From sequence record OQ561750: a DNA stretch of 64,000 nt, one strand, 5' to 3'. Origin of the DNA: Escherichia phage LHE83. Positions 36,362-47,836 of the stretch are shown piece by piece. A program made the translations under genes and the position numbers. How positions within the stretch are numbered: position 1 is the first letter of the stretch; each line of letters opens with the position of its first letter. Under the pieces are notes generated by a model. That model was not told where the DNA came from. It was given only the letters and a program-made list of their open reading frames with translations, and did not search any database.

Positions 36362-39300
36362 TTATAATAATGATTTAATTAATGCTTTCAATTCAGCAAT
36401 TTCAGATTTCAATTCCTTGATTTCGTCAGTATGCTCGTTGATAGTAGCAGTATTTAAACCGATAATACCGTTATAGTTCAAACGAAGTAAGCCAGTCTCT
36501 TTATCTTCAGTCACAAGTTCAGGCAATACTTCTTGAACTTCCTGAGCGATTAAACCTGCGGATGGTTTAACTTCGTCTGTAACAGAGTTTTTAAGCAAAT
36601 AAGTATAACCACCTAAGAGTTTGGATTTCTCTTGAGCGTTATCAATAAGCTTAATTTCCGACTTACAGCGAATATCAGAACGGATATAAACGTCGTTAAC
36701 ATCGATATTATCACGAACATACATCCCGGCGTTAACGTTAAGGGCCACGTTGCCAAATGTCTGAGCAAGTCCGGCTCTAAAACTAAACACACCTTGACCG
36801 TTTGCATGTGCGTTGAAAATACCATCGGATTCCCAGACCAATCCAGTGTCAGCGTCACCAATAGCAATACACGGCGTAGTCCAGGCGGGTTCAACACCGA
36901 CACCAATACCAGCCCAACCAGAAACAATTCTTCCTGGGGAACTAAACTGACCGTTGGCCTTAAATTGATAAACCGCTGCAGGATGACCACTTTCCGGGGT
37001 ATTTTCTGATGAACGGACAATTATACAACCAGTACCCCATTCAGCATTACCACTGCGTAACGAGCCTAGTTCTACGCTTGTGTTATATCCATGCCCTGCT
37101 GAAGAACTTCGCCCTTTAATAATAGGATAGTACACGTTCCCGTTTAATTCGCCGTGTTCTACAAATATAGGGGCTTCAAGACCATACTGCGGGCTAATGG
37201 CACCCGGGTTTTGAGAGACCCATCTTGTGGCATTAACGTACATACGGTTTTCACTCATATTAACCAAACCAAACCCGCCCGGGCTAAATCCGATTGTCCT
37301 GTTATCTGATAAATCAATACCGGTAGTTGTTTTGTAGTTATAAAAAGATACTGAACCGCTTTCACCACCTTTACCAACAAACCAACTATTAGCACCACCA
37401 ACTTCTGAACGAATATGCGAACTATTAGTGGCATTAGGTGCTCTAATTACTAAAGCATCATCGGCCGCAGCAATAGTCAGCTTACCGGTCATCGTGTCGC
37501 CTTCTTTAGCCACACGGGAGGCAATAGCATCATGGATGTTGGTTATATCACCAGCAGAGCTAAATAATTTCCAAATATCAGAGAAGATATTACCATTTCG
37601 AGCAATAGTAGCTTCACCGCCGCCGACCTGTACGTTATCCGGGAAGTTAACTGTACCGTCAGCATTAAATCTTGAGGTATGACCTCCGGTCCCGTCTTCT
37701 TTAAGATGGTGTAAAACAAAAGTCCCGGAATTAATTTCAGTACCTAAAGACCAAACAGCTTTTCCTTGTAAGAATTTTTGCTTAACAATAGGATAATATT
37801 TACTTACTGCGTCATCATCAATTTCTTGGAAAACAGGAGCGGCCTGGGCATATTGAATATCATAACCACCTGCACCTGCACCATGTCCACCGAATTTAAT
37901 ATAGCCGTTTGCTGCAAAAGAAGCATAACTCAAATCTAGGTCAGGAATAACAACCTTACCTGTATCTAAAGCCATACTAAATGGACGGAGTGGGCCTATA
38001 TCACCGGTCATGCCCTCACCAAATGCAGTAGGAATAATGTGAAGACTTCCTTCTGAACGTCTAAAAATGACCCCGTAATCGTTGTTCCAGATGCGGAGCC
38101 CGTTAACAGCATTTGTAGTAATTTCACCAGCGGTGTGGACCGCTCTATCAACCAAAATATCTTTTTTAACAACAAGATTTTCGTTAATAGTTTGTTGCCC
38201 ATTTAATACAGCCTCAATGGTATTATCTTTATTGCGCTGGATATAATGCATCCAACTAATATCATCAGATATTTCCATCACGTTTTTACGAAAGCCATCT
38301 ACTGTATTAAAGGTGTTACCCCATACGGCAATAGACATATTATCAACAGAGCTCTGGCCGGTGGTATAACCTTTAAAAAGCAAAATCGAGTTGTTATTAC
38401 GACCGTCAATATTAACAGAACCACCAACAACATCAATATTACCAGGAGTAACTAACAAACCACCAGCGGTGTTAACGTTTGTAGTACCCTTACCACGGAA
38501 ATAGTGGTGATAATTGCCACCTTGGTAATAACCTAAAAGAGTTTGACCATCACCAAATGCGTTATTATCATGATAAGTAACAACAGTGGCTAATGCATAG
38601 TTTTCCGACGGAGGAGTGGTTAAATCGGTACCGTTTACAGAATAACCCATAACCATTTTTCTAAGACTGGTGGTTTCTGCAGGGCTGTACAGGAAAGTTC
38701 TCGTGCCGTTATTAACGCTGAAATAATATCCATCCTGATGCCATTTTAACCCGGTGTCATTATCGCCAAGAGCAATTGAAGCCGTTCCTAATTCAGAATA
38801 TCCTTTAGAGTTGCCTGGGGTGCCTACAGAAATAGAATGACCGGCTTTCAATCCGCCAGACCAGGTAAACGACCAAAGATAAGCTTCTAAGCCATCGCCG
38901 GCATACCAGGTTATTCCGTCGTTATCTTTAACTTCATGGAAAATGCTCGAACTAACTGCATTTCGCATAACACGAAGGTGGTTAATAGCCGTTTCACTTT
39001 CAGCCAATGGGTTATTATCGGCCATTGAATAGATATCATAATCGCCTGTCTTCTTCCCATTTGTAATAACTTTATCGGTCAGAATTTGTGGAGACGAAAT
39101 AGATTTCCATGCTGATACTTCAGGTGAAGTGAACAAACCATTACCTGAAAATGCATAAGTGCTTTCGCTTGCAGTAGAATAATCTTGTACACGAATATTA
39201 ACTACCTGATTGGTCAAACCTGCATTATTAGGAGAAAAGATAATACCACGCTCACGGTCATCGCCATCAAAGAAACGAAGGTGAGAAGTTGAAGCGCTCT

Positions 39301-39640
39301 TAGAAATAAGTTCGCCACCATGGGTCATTATCTGACCTGCAGCAATAATATCACGAGTTACGCGAGCAATACCGTTGAGATTAAAATCACCAATTTGAGT
39401 AAATACACCATTTAGGGTGTAATCGCCGGTCTGGTTGTAGTTACCGTTATGAATAACATTGCCGTCAATATTACCACCTTTAGCAAAGCCAAGGTCGATA
39501 ATCGCTCCAGTATCGTCTTTAGTAAAAAGTAATCGGTCCTTTAAGTTAATAGCCAGTTCACCTTCAGCCAACTGGGCCGGTGTCGGACGTACACCGGCTA
39601 CTTTACTTCTTTTAAATTGGATTTGCTTTAAAGTAGCCAT
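36362..39640 (-). CDS. 37: long tail fibre distal subunit gp37 with C-terminal intramolecular-chaperone-like domain
   Basis: 1092 aa; conserved N-terminus; C-terminus [13 protein letters not shown]...coiled coil. Confidence 0.9.
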   Translation of the reverse strand: MATLKQIQFKRSKVAGVRPTPAQLAEGELAINLKDRLLFTKDDTGAIIDLGFAKGGNIDGNVIHNGNYNQTGDYTLNGVFTQIGDFNLNGIARVTRDIIAAGQIMTHGGELISKSASTSHLRFFDGDDRERGIIFSPNNAGLTNQVVNIRVQDYSTASESTYAFSGNGLFTSPEVSAWKSISSPQILTDKVITNGKKTGDYDIYSMADNNPLAESETAINHLRVMRNAVSSSIFHEVKDNDGITWYAGDGLEAYLWSFTWSGGLKAGHSISVGTPGNSKGYSELGTASIALGDNDTGLKWHQDGYYFSVNNGTRTFLYSPAETTSLRKMVMGYSVNGTDLTTPPSENYALATVVTYHDNNAFGDGQTLLGYYQGGNYHHYFRGKGTTNVNTAGGLLVTPGNIDVVGGSVNIDGRNNNSILLFKGYTTGQSSVDNMSIAVWGNTFNTVDGFRKNVMEISDDISWMHYIQRNKDNTIEAVLNGQQTINENLVVKKDILVDRAVHTAGEITTNAVNGLRIWNNDYGVIFRRSEGSLHIIPTAFGEGMTGDIGPLRPFSMALDTGKVVIPDLDLSYASFAANGYIKFGGHGAGAGGYDIQYAQAAPVFQEIDDDAVSKYYPIVKQKFLQGKAVWSLGTEINSGTFVLHHLKEDGTGGHTSRFNADGTVNFPDNVQVGGGEATIARNGNIFSDIWKLFSSAGDITNIHDAIASRVAKEGDTMTGKLTIAAADDALVIRAPNATNSSHIRSEVGGANSWFVGKGGESGSVSFYNYKTTTGIDLSDNRTIGFSPGGFGLVNMSENRMYVNATRWVSQNPGAISPQYGLEAPIFVEHGELNGNVYYPIIKGRSSSAGHGYNTSVELGSLRSGNAEWGTGCIIVRSSENTPESGHPAAVYQFKANGQFSSPGRIVSGWAGIGVGVEPAWTTPCIAIGDADTGLVWESDGIFNAHANGQGVFSFRAGLAQTFGNVALNVNAGMYVRDNIDVNDVYIRSDIRCKSEIKLIDNAQEKSKLLGGYTYLLKNSVTDEVKPSAGLIAQEVQEVLPELVTEDKETGLLRLNYNGIIGLNTATINEHTDEIKELKSEIAELKALIKSLL

Positions 39641-39648
39641 AATGCCTC

Positions 39649-40296
39649 TTAATAATAACCAAAATCTTGAATAGAATCTTTAATAACAATCTGGTCAAAA
39701 CGAGGGACGTGTCCCGCGTCAGAGGCCGGATTCAGCGAAATAAAGTTAGGAGCAGCAAGCACTCCGGTCATTGTTTGCATGTTAGTATTATTTATTTGGA
39801 CCTGTTTTGCGTTATCTACTAACGATAATCCTACTTGAGCTTTAGTAGGGGTGTTGCCGGGGCTGAATACACGACCTGATTCGTCATATACTTGGCGGAA
39901 TAATGAATCACCCATTACTGTAAGGCGTTTAGCACCTACTACTGTACTTGGGTCAAATATAACGAACGGTGTACCATCTTCCGTTTCGTATCCAAAAGCA
40001 CCTTTAATACGGAAAGAAGCTGTGAACGGGGCTCCGCCAGTTCTTGCTCCTAATTTAATACCATATCCATTGGTATCATTAAAGGTCAGCCCTTTTTCAA
40101 AATACACGTTATTCTTATAATTACCACCATTTGCTTTTGAAACAAAATCGTTATCAGTGGCTTGTGGTTTATTATATTCGGTGTAAACTTTATATGTTTT
40201 GTAAAGAAGGTCATTTGATACAGGCGTTAAGGGAAAATTACCTTGGTGCCATAATACTGAACCTCCTGCTGTAGAACCTAATTTTAAATCTGCCAT
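39649..40296 (-). CDS. 36: long tail fibre subunit gp36
   Basis: 215 aa, position between 35 and 37. Confidence 0.8.
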   Translation of the reverse strand: MADLKLGSTAGGSVLWHQGNFPLTPVSNDLLYKTYKVYTEYNKPQATDNDFVSKANGGNYKNNVYFEKGLTFNDTNGYGIKLGARTGGAPFTASFRIKGAFGYETEDGTPFVIFDPSTVVGAKRLTVMGDSLFRQVYDESGRVFSPGNTPTKAQVGLSLVDNAKQVQINNTNMQTMTGVLAAPNFISLNPASDAGHVPRFDQIVIKDSIQDFGYY

Positions 40297-40339
40297 TTGA
40301 GTTTCCTTTGGGAGTTATAGCCTTTTATATATTTATGGT

Positions 40340-40371
40340 CGTAGAAAACGAAAAAGGAACCCGAAGGTTCC
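40340..40371 (-). terminator. intrinsic terminator after gene 35 (GGAACC-UUCG-GGUUCC + U-rich) on minus strand
   Basis: Same hairpin sequence as + strand terminators, in reverse orientation, abutting gp35 stop. Confidence 0.65.
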
Positions 40372-41493
40372 TTAATATTTTTCTCTAAATTCAGCGACCC
40401 AAACCTGACCAGGTTTAGTGCCTGTTTTATCATATAGCTGGGCTATGGTAGTACCCATATTTTTAGTTTCCGTACCAAAGTTCATACGAATACCGTTAAC
40501 ACCAAATTCAGCAGGTTTTGGCCGAGGTTCTGATTCAGATATCTCACCGAACATAACATTTCGAACTCCACCTTGTCCGGCCGAAGCTGTTTTTCTGGCA
40601 TAAAGGGTAAAGTCTGTAGTACCTTCAGGAACCATTACTACCCGTTCAAATGTCATCCATGCACCAGCAGGAACGTTGGAAGGAACGTCCATATTAACTG
40701 TCCCGGTTAAAGCGCCTGAGGCATTAAAAAATCTAACAGACATCTGAGAGGTCCCGACGTCTTTTAAAGCTTGGTCACACATTAATTGAAACTTAAGGTA
40801 AAAGAATTCACCTGGTTTCATATTATAATCTGTTAATGGGGTAGTAGGAGATTCGGTAGGAAATCGCTTAATTTCATCTCCATCATTGCTTAGATAAGTG
40901 CTTTCATCTTCAACAATTCTGACAGGATATCCTGTACCACCGACGTCGCTGATATCATCAAATACCACTTCTAACGGAGTAGAAACATCTTCGACAAATA
41001 CCCCATCATTATAAAGCACATGTTCCATTACTATGGTATTCCTTCCTGAAACATAAAATGCAGAATAAGACGGCTCGAAGCGGTCTATTAGCCATTTAGA
41101 TGGAAATGCAGTACTTCCTGCTGCACGGAACCAATCGATAAGTTTTTGTGAAGCATTTAATCTACCAGAAGATACTAAACAAACTATTCTATTAGCCGGT
41201 ATAGAATTTATATATGTTATAAAAGCTTCAGAGATAACATCAAAGTCTTTAGTAAAACTATAAGTTTTGTTAGCAACGATTTTAGGTTCGGCGCTAACAT
41301 CGATTTCTATAAGGTTTAATCCATTTTGAAAATTCTGGGAACCGAAGTTCCCATCTTGAAATTTAACATATGCTTTTGTGGTAGACTTAGTACAACTACC
41401 CGCTATACTAAGTTTATACCTCACAGCATTGTTTTCAGATAATGTAGGAACCTGGACATATCCTTGTCCAAATTCTGCCATAAATCTTTCCAT
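40372..41493 (-). CDS. 35: long tail fibre hinge gp35
   Basis: 373 aa; position. Confidence 0.8.
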   Translation of the reverse strand: MERFMAEFGQGYVQVPTLSENNAVRYKLSIAGSCTKSTTKAYVKFQDGNFGSQNFQNGLNLIEIDVSAEPKIVANKTYSFTKDFDVISEAFITYINSIPANRIVCLVSSGRLNASQKLIDWFRAAGSTAFPSKWLIDRFEPSYSAFYVSGRNTIVMEHVLYNDGVFVEDVSTPLEVVFDDISDVGGTGYPVRIVEDESTYLSNDGDEIKRFPTESPTTPLTDYNMKPGEFFYLKFQLMCDQALKDVGTSQMSVRFFNASGALTGTVNMDVPSNVPAGAWMTFERVVMVPEGTTDFTLYARKTASAGQGGVRNVMFGEISESEPRPKPAEFGVNGIRMNFGTETKNMGTTIAQLYDKTGTKPGQVWVAEFREKY

Positions 41494-41501
41494 AATACCT
41501 C

Positions 41502-44500
41502 TTATTCAATCCACTCAAACTTAACGGATTTAGTGACCGGGTCAGGAATAATACGAACGTTACCAATACGTAACCAATCAAGGATTGTAATGTTACCCAT
41601 TGTAGCGTTATCAGCAGGCAATGCACCAACCTCTTCTGCAGAAGGAGGGTTATCTGCGGTATAGACCATAGAGAACGTAGTCCACGCGTTTTTATTTTTC
41701 TGCCAGGTACGTGTATAACGAATAGTACCACCATTCAATCCTGTAGGATAGCACACCCAATCCTGATAACATGAATCCAGAGTATTACCAAACTGAGTTA
41801 ACGTACCAGGATATTTAACTTCCTTATCACGAACAGAATAATCAAACCAAGTACCACGTAATTTCTGACCTGATGTACTTAGAACTTCGTCACCAAAACT
41901 ACCGTCTTCGTTACGATAACGAATAGCCGGAGAACTAAATGCGCCTGTTTCTGTTAACCAACCAGAAGCATTCCATATCTCGTCAGAAACACCAGCAGGT
42001 TTAGTTTGGACCGTATCAATATTAACCTGACGTTTCGTTTTCATCGTCCAATAACCAGGGAACAGGTTAAATGTGGCCGAATCATTGATATCAACAGACC
42101 AGAATCCAACTGTTTCTGCAGTAGGGGCCTGGGATGCTAATGTAGGTTTAACACCAACAGAACGGACGTATTTTTGAGCAACCAAACCATTATTTGCCGA
42201 TACCTGTCCGGTGGAAACGATAGTACCTGAAGTAGTTACGTTTTGCAACGAAGACAGAGCAGAAGCATTTAGTGTGGTTGTAGAAACACCGTTAGAAGTG
42301 GTTATACCTGTGATATTAGCGTTCTTGGAAATACTAATAGAACCACTATTAACAGCAAAATCACCGGTCGTATTAAAGGTCCAGTAGGAAGATTTTAAAG
42401 CACCAGAAGCACTGCTGATATGATGGATTTTAAAATCGCCGGAACCGTCATTTAAAGTACCTAAAGAGAAAGTACCCTGCCCTAATCGTTGCTTAACAAT
42501 AGGGTGATAACTAGCATCAACAGTAGAATTTATCTCAGAGAAAATAGGTGCAAAATTAGTTGCCTGAGAATCCCAAGAACCTGCGCCAGACTGGGGTCCT
42601 ACAAATTTAATAGATTTACCTGAGCTAACAGATACATCATTTTTAAAAGTAGAATTTCCAGTTACTTCTAGAGAACCTAAAATAGTATTGCCAGTAATAT
42701 TAGCAGTACTAGAAGACACTAGAGGAGCTGCCAGGTTCAATTGTTTGGTCAGGGTTAAAGAACCATTAACCGTTTGGTCGACGTCTCTACGAATGAACTG
42801 AAGTGAATCCAGGCCATCCAATTTCTCGGAGTTCACAGCCGTAGCATTTATAGGTAAAAAGTTCTGTAAAGTTTTATTCATCTCGTAAGATGAAACAGCA
42901 TAACCCGTTTTAGGGTAGTTCGCTGCGTTCAGAACAGTATCATCGTTCTCATAAAGGCCTGTGCCTGAGTTAAATTTAACACCGGAACCGGTAACTTTAT
43001 TTCCTGAATGGGTTAAAGCACCTTCGGTTAGTTTAACAAATCCACGACGAAGTGCAGTAGCTTCCCAAGTGGTTTCGGTTTGTACTACATATTTTAAACC
43101 AGAAGGGCTTACAGCCAGAACTTTAGAAGTTCCTGCGGTTGTTTCGGTATTCGTTGCAACACGAATAATACCTTCAGAACTTTCAGTAGATTTTTTAGAA
43201 TGCAATTTCAAAGGAGTGATGATAGTTTTGTCATCAGTACCAACGTTGACTTCGGTCTGGGTTGCCAGGCGAGCAGTACCACGTTGTGTCTCATTTGCTT
43301 CTCTAATATCTAGTGTATAATGGTTCCATAAGGTTCCTGATTCAACCAAACCACTGGCTGCTGAGACAGAAGTTCTAGCAGTATCATTAAATCTTGTTTT
43401 AATTTTCAACGGAGTTGAAATAACATTATCTAACGTACCTGCATCAAATTCTACCTGTGTTGCAATTCTAGCAATACCAGTCAATCCTTCCGTAGCTTTC
43501 CTATCATTTAACGTCTTAGGCGTTACCGCACGAGTATAATCTGTTCCAGTATCAGTCTCTGTTTGCGTAGCAATTTCAATTAACCCTGTACGAGTATCAA
43601 GAGCCACACGAGCATGTAATGTTTCAGGAGAAACAGCACTGTTGGCAAATCCACTTGCCGATTGACCTGCGTTAACTTCAGATTGGTTAGAAAGATATAC
43701 TGTACCCTGTTGAACTTGGGTAGCTTTATACTGGTCGAGAGCTTTAGGAGAAATAACCAAATTGCCTACGTTCTTATTATAAACGTTAGTACCTACAGTG
43801 TCTCTAGCAGTCGCAGGAGTGGTTCCTACAGTAGAGGTATATGTTACAATACCTGAAAGACTTTCCGAACCCTGGCGTGCTTGTAGCTTCTTAGGAGTGA
43901 TGATTGTAGTATCATCTGTACCCGTGTTAGTTTCAACTTGCGTAGCAATTTCAGCAACACCACGGCGAGTTTCGGTTGCAGTACGTTCGTTTAATTTCTT
44001 AGGAGAAATAATCAAATCGTCCTGGAATGCGAAGGTTGTGTCCTGGTTCACCTGAGCAGTAGTAGCAATACGAGCAATACCACGACGAGATTCAGTCGCC
44101 ACACGATTAGCTAAAGTCTGCGGAGTAATTGCCAGTTCTTTTTCAGGATTATTTTCATGGTCAACGTTTGCTTGAGTCTGGGACGCAAGGGCAATAACAC
44201 CTAAACGAGCACGAGTTAAATCATCTTTAGAATCCACACGTTCTATAGTAGGAACGTTCTGGGCAACAACCCAATATTTGCCACCTGTAGTGGTGTCTTC
44301 GATATAACTCAGTTCAATAACCGGAGTATAACTTATATTGCCATTAAAGGTCAGTACGTCATTCAATACCCATTCGGTTTCTGGTGGATATTCTGAACGT
44401 TTAGGGAATTGAAGCAACTGGACGGATGAAGCAATCTTATCTCCTACGGCAGCCTTAATATTTACTGTCTGAGCTTTACGGAGATAGTTCAGAGCAATCT

Positions 44501-45554
44501 TAACGACATCGCCCTGGGCCACACCGGTAGGTAATGTGATATTAATTGTCTGGGGTGTCGTGTTATTAGGACCAAAAACAATAACACTTTCGTTAGCCAA
44601 GAGTTCAACATCGTCACGAATTACACGTAAACGAGTTTGTCGGTCGCCGTCCCAAACATACCATAATTTTTCGGTAGAGTTATAAACAAAGAATCCATCA
44701 CCTGAAGTACGGAATTCCATGCTATGCTGGCCAGGCTTACCTAATGAAGATGACGCATCAAATGTTTCAACGATTAAGTGGAATTTACTTCCTAAACCAT
44801 CGATATCAACGGTTTTAATAATATCACCTTGGTTCGCATACTTAGGAAGAGTAAACTTAATTACTGCACCTGAAGTATAACGACGTAAAACGTTATCACC
44901 CGCTTGTGATTGGAACTGGGCGGTGTTCGGTTCTACACGAATACCACGTTCTTCATTAGCTGCTTCCCAGAAATGCCATAAACGGTTGGCAAAGATAATC
45001 ATATTATAGGAAAAAGGCTTCGTAATTAAGGTCTCAGTGAACTGGTTACCGAAACGGACAATTTTCTGATTACCACCACCTGGAGCAGAACTAGACTGGA
45101 GCTTAATTTCATTATAACCTACACGGCCACCAATATCCTTGATTACGATGGTATCACCATCAGTAGGGTTCGGAGGCAGGGTAAATGTAGTAAAGCTAGC
45201 AGCAGAATCCACAGCAATATATTCACCGGAAGCCAGCTGGCGTGTAGGAGATGCTACGGTAATCCATTTAGGGTCAGTACGGGTAGCAGTCCAATAACCA
45301 GGTACAAAGGTTCCTGCTGGAGCATTGATATCACGTTGAGCAACCCAGATACGTTGGTCATGGATTACGGCAAACCCTTTCTTATATCCGCGCGTCTCGT
45401 CGTACGCCTGGATGGTGTTCTCATCTATAAAGAATTCAACGTTGACGCCGTCGTCTAATACATTGTAATCGGCTTTGGCAACATTGATAACTTTCTCGCC
45501 TGCAGCATCGAGTCCGGATGTAGCACGGAAGGCAGGTTTTAAAATATCGGCCAT
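41502..45554 (-). CDS. 34: long tail fibre proximal subunit gp34
   Basis: 1350 aa; repeated RRG.A.IAT-type motifs. Confidence 0.9.
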   Translation of the reverse strand: MADILKPAFRATSGLDAAGEKVINVAKADYNVLDDGVNVEFFIDENTIQAYDETRGYKKGFAVIHDQRIWVAQRDINAPAGTFVPGYWTATRTDPKWITVASPTRQLASGEYIAVDSAASFTTFTLPPNPTDGDTIVIKDIGGRVGYNEIKLQSSSAPGGGNQKIVRFGNQFTETLITKPFSYNMIIFANRLWHFWEAANEERGIRVEPNTAQFQSQAGDNVLRRYTSGAVIKFTLPKYANQGDIIKTVDIDGLGSKFHLIVETFDASSSLGKPGQHSMEFRTSGDGFFVYNSTEKLWYVWDGDRQTRLRVIRDDVELLANESVIVFGPNNTTPQTINITLPTGVAQGDVVKIALNYLRKAQTVNIKAAVGDKIASSVQLLQFPKRSEYPPETEWVLNDVLTFNGNISYTPVIELSYIEDTTTGGKYWVVAQNVPTIERVDSKDDLTRARLGVIALASQTQANVDHENNPEKELAITPQTLANRVATESRRGIARIATTAQVNQDTTFAFQDDLIISPKKLNERTATETRRGVAEIATQVETNTGTDDTTIITPKKLQARQGSESLSGIVTYTSTVGTTPATARDTVGTNVYNKNVGNLVISPKALDQYKATQVQQGTVYLSNQSEVNAGQSASGFANSAVSPETLHARVALDTRTGLIEIATQTETDTGTDYTRAVTPKTLNDRKATEGLTGIARIATQVEFDAGTLDNVISTPLKIKTRFNDTARTSVSAASGLVESGTLWNHYTLDIREANETQRGTARLATQTEVNVGTDDKTIITPLKLHSKKSTESSEGIIRVATNTETTAGTSKVLAVSPSGLKYVVQTETTWEATALRRGFVKLTEGALTHSGNKVTGSGVKFNSGTGLYENDDTVLNAANYPKTGYAVSSYEMNKTLQNFLPINATAVNSEKLDGLDSLQFIRRDVDQTVNGSLTLTKQLNLAAPLVSSSTANITGNTILGSLEVTGNSTFKNDVSVSSGKSIKFVGPQSGAGSWDSQATNFAPIFSEINSTVDASYHPIVKQRLGQGTFSLGTLNDGSGDFKIHHISSASGALKSSYWTFNTTGDFAVNSGSISISKNANITGITTSNGVSTTTLNASALSSLQNVTTSGTIVSTGQVSANNGLVAQKYVRSVGVKPTLASQAPTAETVGFWSVDINDSATFNLFPGYWTMKTKRQVNIDTVQTKPAGVSDEIWNASGWLTETGAFSSPAIRYRNEDGSFGDEVLSTSGQKLRGTWFDYSVRDKEVKYPGTLTQFGNTLDSCYQDWVCYPTGLNGGTIRYTRTWQKNKNAWTTFSMVYTADNPPSAEEVGALPADNATMGNITILDWLRIGNVRIIPDPVTKSVKFEWIE

Positions 45555-45586
45555 TTTATTTCCTTTTCGTTTTCAGGGTATAGAAC

Positions 45587-45594
45587 TATTTATA
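45587..45594 (-). promoter_or_regulatory. late promoter TATAAATA upstream of gene 34
   Basis: Reverse complement of TATTTATA ~30 nt upstream of gp34 ATG. Confidence 0.7.
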
Positions 45595-45601
45595 GCAAAG
45601 T

Positions 45602-45630
45602 GTTTACTTCTTCTAGGGTCGTGATATAAT
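45602..45630 (+). promoter_or_regulatory. early promoter (GTTTAC, 17 bp, TGaTATAAT) upstream of rnh
   Basis: Hexamers/spacing; downstream hairpin GAACCTCT/AGAGGTTC (45631-45659) includes SD. Confidence 0.7.
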
Positions 45631-45661
45631 GAACCTCTACACTAATTGGACAGAGGTTCAT

Positions 45662-46609
45662 ATGAACGATTTAGATTTTTTACTTCCTGAAGAAGACCAA
45701 CAAAAAGATGGATTTTTACTCCTAGATTTCAGCCAAATCATTATGGCTGCAGCTTTCCAAGAGTTTGGTGAGAATGCTGGATTTCCTAAAGTAACTACCG
45801 CAATGCTTCGACACCTCGTGTTGAATTCAATTAAGAAAAACATTAAAGACTTCCGTAAACAAGGTTACAACCAATTAATTATTTGTGTTGATAACTCCAA
45901 ATCAGGTTATTGGCGTCGTCGTTATTCTTCTTATTATAAGAAAAACCGTGCTAAGGCTCGTGACGAATCACCATTTGACTGGGAAGGCCTATTTACAGCA
46001 ATGCATATTATTGTCGATGAATTGGAACATAATATGCCTTATATTGTTATGAATATCGATACAATCGAGGCTGATGACCATATTGCTGTATTGACTCGTA
46101 TCCTTACGGCTTTAGGTCACCCTGTTATGATTGGTTCTTCTGATGGTGACTTTACCCAACTTCATAAATTCCCTGGTGTAAAACAATGGTCCCCAATGCA
46201 GAAAAAATTCGTCAAAACAAAATCTGGTGATGCATTGCTTGATTGCGTGACTAAGGTTGTTAAAGGTGACCGTAAAGATAACGTCGCGAGTATTAAAGTT
46301 CGTGGTGATTACTGGTTGACGATGGTTGAAGGCGAACGTACTCCTAGCACTCGTGCCAAGGAACTTGAAGCAATTGCTCTGAATTATTATGACCATGATA
46401 TAATTAAAACACTTCTTACTGAAGAACAATATGAACGTTTCTGTGAAAACCAAATCTTAATTGATATGGACTTTATTCCAGATGATATTGTTGCTTTAAT
46501 TACTGAAAGATATAATACGTATAACAAACCTTCGAAATCTAAAGTTTATCCTTATTTCGTTAAATCAGGTTTGTCTAAACTAACTGCTACAGTAGCTGAT
46601 TTTTATTAA
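45662..46609 (+). CDS. rnh: RNase H (5'-3' exonuclease/flap endonuclease)
   Basis: DFSQII...CVDNSKSGYWRR...SSDGDFTQLHK matches T4 RNase H by recollection. Confidence 0.85.
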   Translation: MNDLDFLLPEEDQQKDGFLLLDFSQIIMAAAFQEFGENAGFPKVTTAMLRHLVLNSIKKNIKDFRKQGYNQLIICVDNSKSGYWRRRYSSYYKKNRAKARDESPFDWEGLFTAMHIIVDELEHNMPYIVMNIDTIEADDHIAVLTRILTALGHPVMIGSSDGDFTQLHKFPGVKQWSPMQKKFVKTKSGDALLDCVTKVVKGDRKDNVASIKVRGDYWLTMVEGERTPSTRAKELEAIALNYYDHDIIKTLLTEEQYERFCENQILIDMDFIPDDIVALITERYNTYNKPSKSKVYPYFVKSGLSKLTATVADFY

Positions 46610-46619
46610 GGTGAATATA

Positions 46620-46889
46620 ATGGCTAAAGAAAAAGTGAAAGTTGAATTCAATCAAGAAGAACACGGTAACACATTGGCACAACTGATTAAGTCTGCTTCC
46701 GATACTAAATTAAAAATGGAAGCTTATGGCGACGAAATTAAAGATATCAAAGACCGTGCTAAGACTGAACTTGGTGTAGACGGTAAAATGTTTAACCAGC
46801 TGTTCTCACTGTACCATAAAGGCACTCGTGAACGTTTCGAAGACGAAAAAACTGAAGTGGTAGAACTGTATGACACAATCTTTGAATGA
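46620..46889 (+). CDS. dsbA: dsDNA-binding protein DsbA
   Basis: 89 aa; ...ELGVDGKMFN...EVVELYDT matches T4 DsbA. Confidence 0.8.
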   Translation: MAKEKVKVEFNQEEHGNTLAQLIKSASDTKLKMEAYGDEIKDIKDRAKTELGVDGKMFNQLFSLYHKGTRERFEDEKTEVVELYDTIFE

Positions 46890-47172
46890 TTTTGATGGAG
46901 CGGTTAATACCGCTTCCGAACCTGTCCATGTATTAGTAAACAAACAACAGAATGGCCTTGATATTGAGGCCTTTGTTGAAGCTGAAGGTTGTAGTTACCT
47001 CGAAGCGGCTACCGCATGGTTGGAAGAGAATAGCATCCCTGAAGGTAACTTTGCTCGTTATTTGCCTGCAGGAATTATTGATAAAATTATGAACGAAGCC
47101 ATTGATGATAACTTGCTTCGACCTTCAATGGCTCGAACGCAAAAAACTAATACTCTGGATTTCTTGTTATGA
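46870..47172 (+). CDS. 33: late transcription co-activator gp33
   Basis: Position between dsbA and 59; size. Confidence 0.65.
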   Translation: MTQSLNDFDGAVNTASEPVHVLVNKQQNGLDIEAFVEAEGCSYLEAATAWLEENSIPEGNFARYLPAGIIDKIMNEAIDDNLLRPSMARTQKTNTLDFLL

Positions 47173-47822
47173 TTAAGATTCGCATGCCACCAAACAATAA
47201 CCGTATGGTGAATGGTAAGAGCGTATATTCACTATACTTAATGCTCAAACATCACTTCAATGCCAAATACGACGTTATAAAATATAACTGGGTCATGCGA
47301 ATCTCTGATACGGCTTATCAAAAACGTCGTGACAAATATTTCTTTGAGAAATTGAGTGATAAATACACTTTGAAAGAGCTTGCTCTTATCTTCATGAGTA
47401 ACTTGGTGGCTAACCAAGATGCATGGATTGGCGATATCAGTGATGCTGACGCCTTAGTCTTTTACCGAGAATATATCGGTAGACTTAAAAGAATAAAACA
47501 AGTTTTTGAGGATGATATCAAAAACATTTATTATTTTAGTAAGAAAGTGGAAGTTCAAGCGCTTTCTGAAATTTTTGATTATAATAAAAAAGTTAACTCG
47601 AGCTATATTTTTAAGCTCCTTCAATCGAATGTTATTTCATTCGAAACGTTTATTTTGCTTGATTCATTTATGGATATAATTGATAAACATGATGAACAGA
47701 CCAACGATTTAGTGTGGTCTAAGTATTCGACTAAATTAAATGCTTATAAGAAAATTCTTATAATTGATAATTTAGAAGCTCGTAAATTGTTCATCGAAAC
47801 AATTAAGGGTTGCAAATTTTGA
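47169..47822 (+). CDS. 59: helicase loader gp59
   Basis: 217 aa; MIKIRMP...KYDVIKYNW...LVANQDAWIGDISDADALVFYREYIGRLK matches T4 gp59. Confidence 0.9.
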   Translation: MIKIRMPPNNNRMVNGKSVYSLYLMLKHHFNAKYDVIKYNWVMRISDTAYQKRRDKYFFEKLSDKYTLKELALIFMSNLVANQDAWIGDISDADALVFYREYIGRLKRIKQVFEDDIKNIYYFSKKVEVQALSEIFDYNKKVNSSYIFKLLQSNVISFETFILLDSFMDIIDKHDEQTNDLVWSKYSTKLNAYKKILIIDNLEARKLFIETIKGCKF

Positions 47823-47836
47823 ATATAGTTTATAAA

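Noticed and set aside
40326-40343. Possible late promoter for gene 36 (minus strand CATAAATATATAAAAGG)
   Set aside because: Does not contain an exact TATAAATA octamer (CATAAATA / TATATAAA variants only); retained only as a weak candidate
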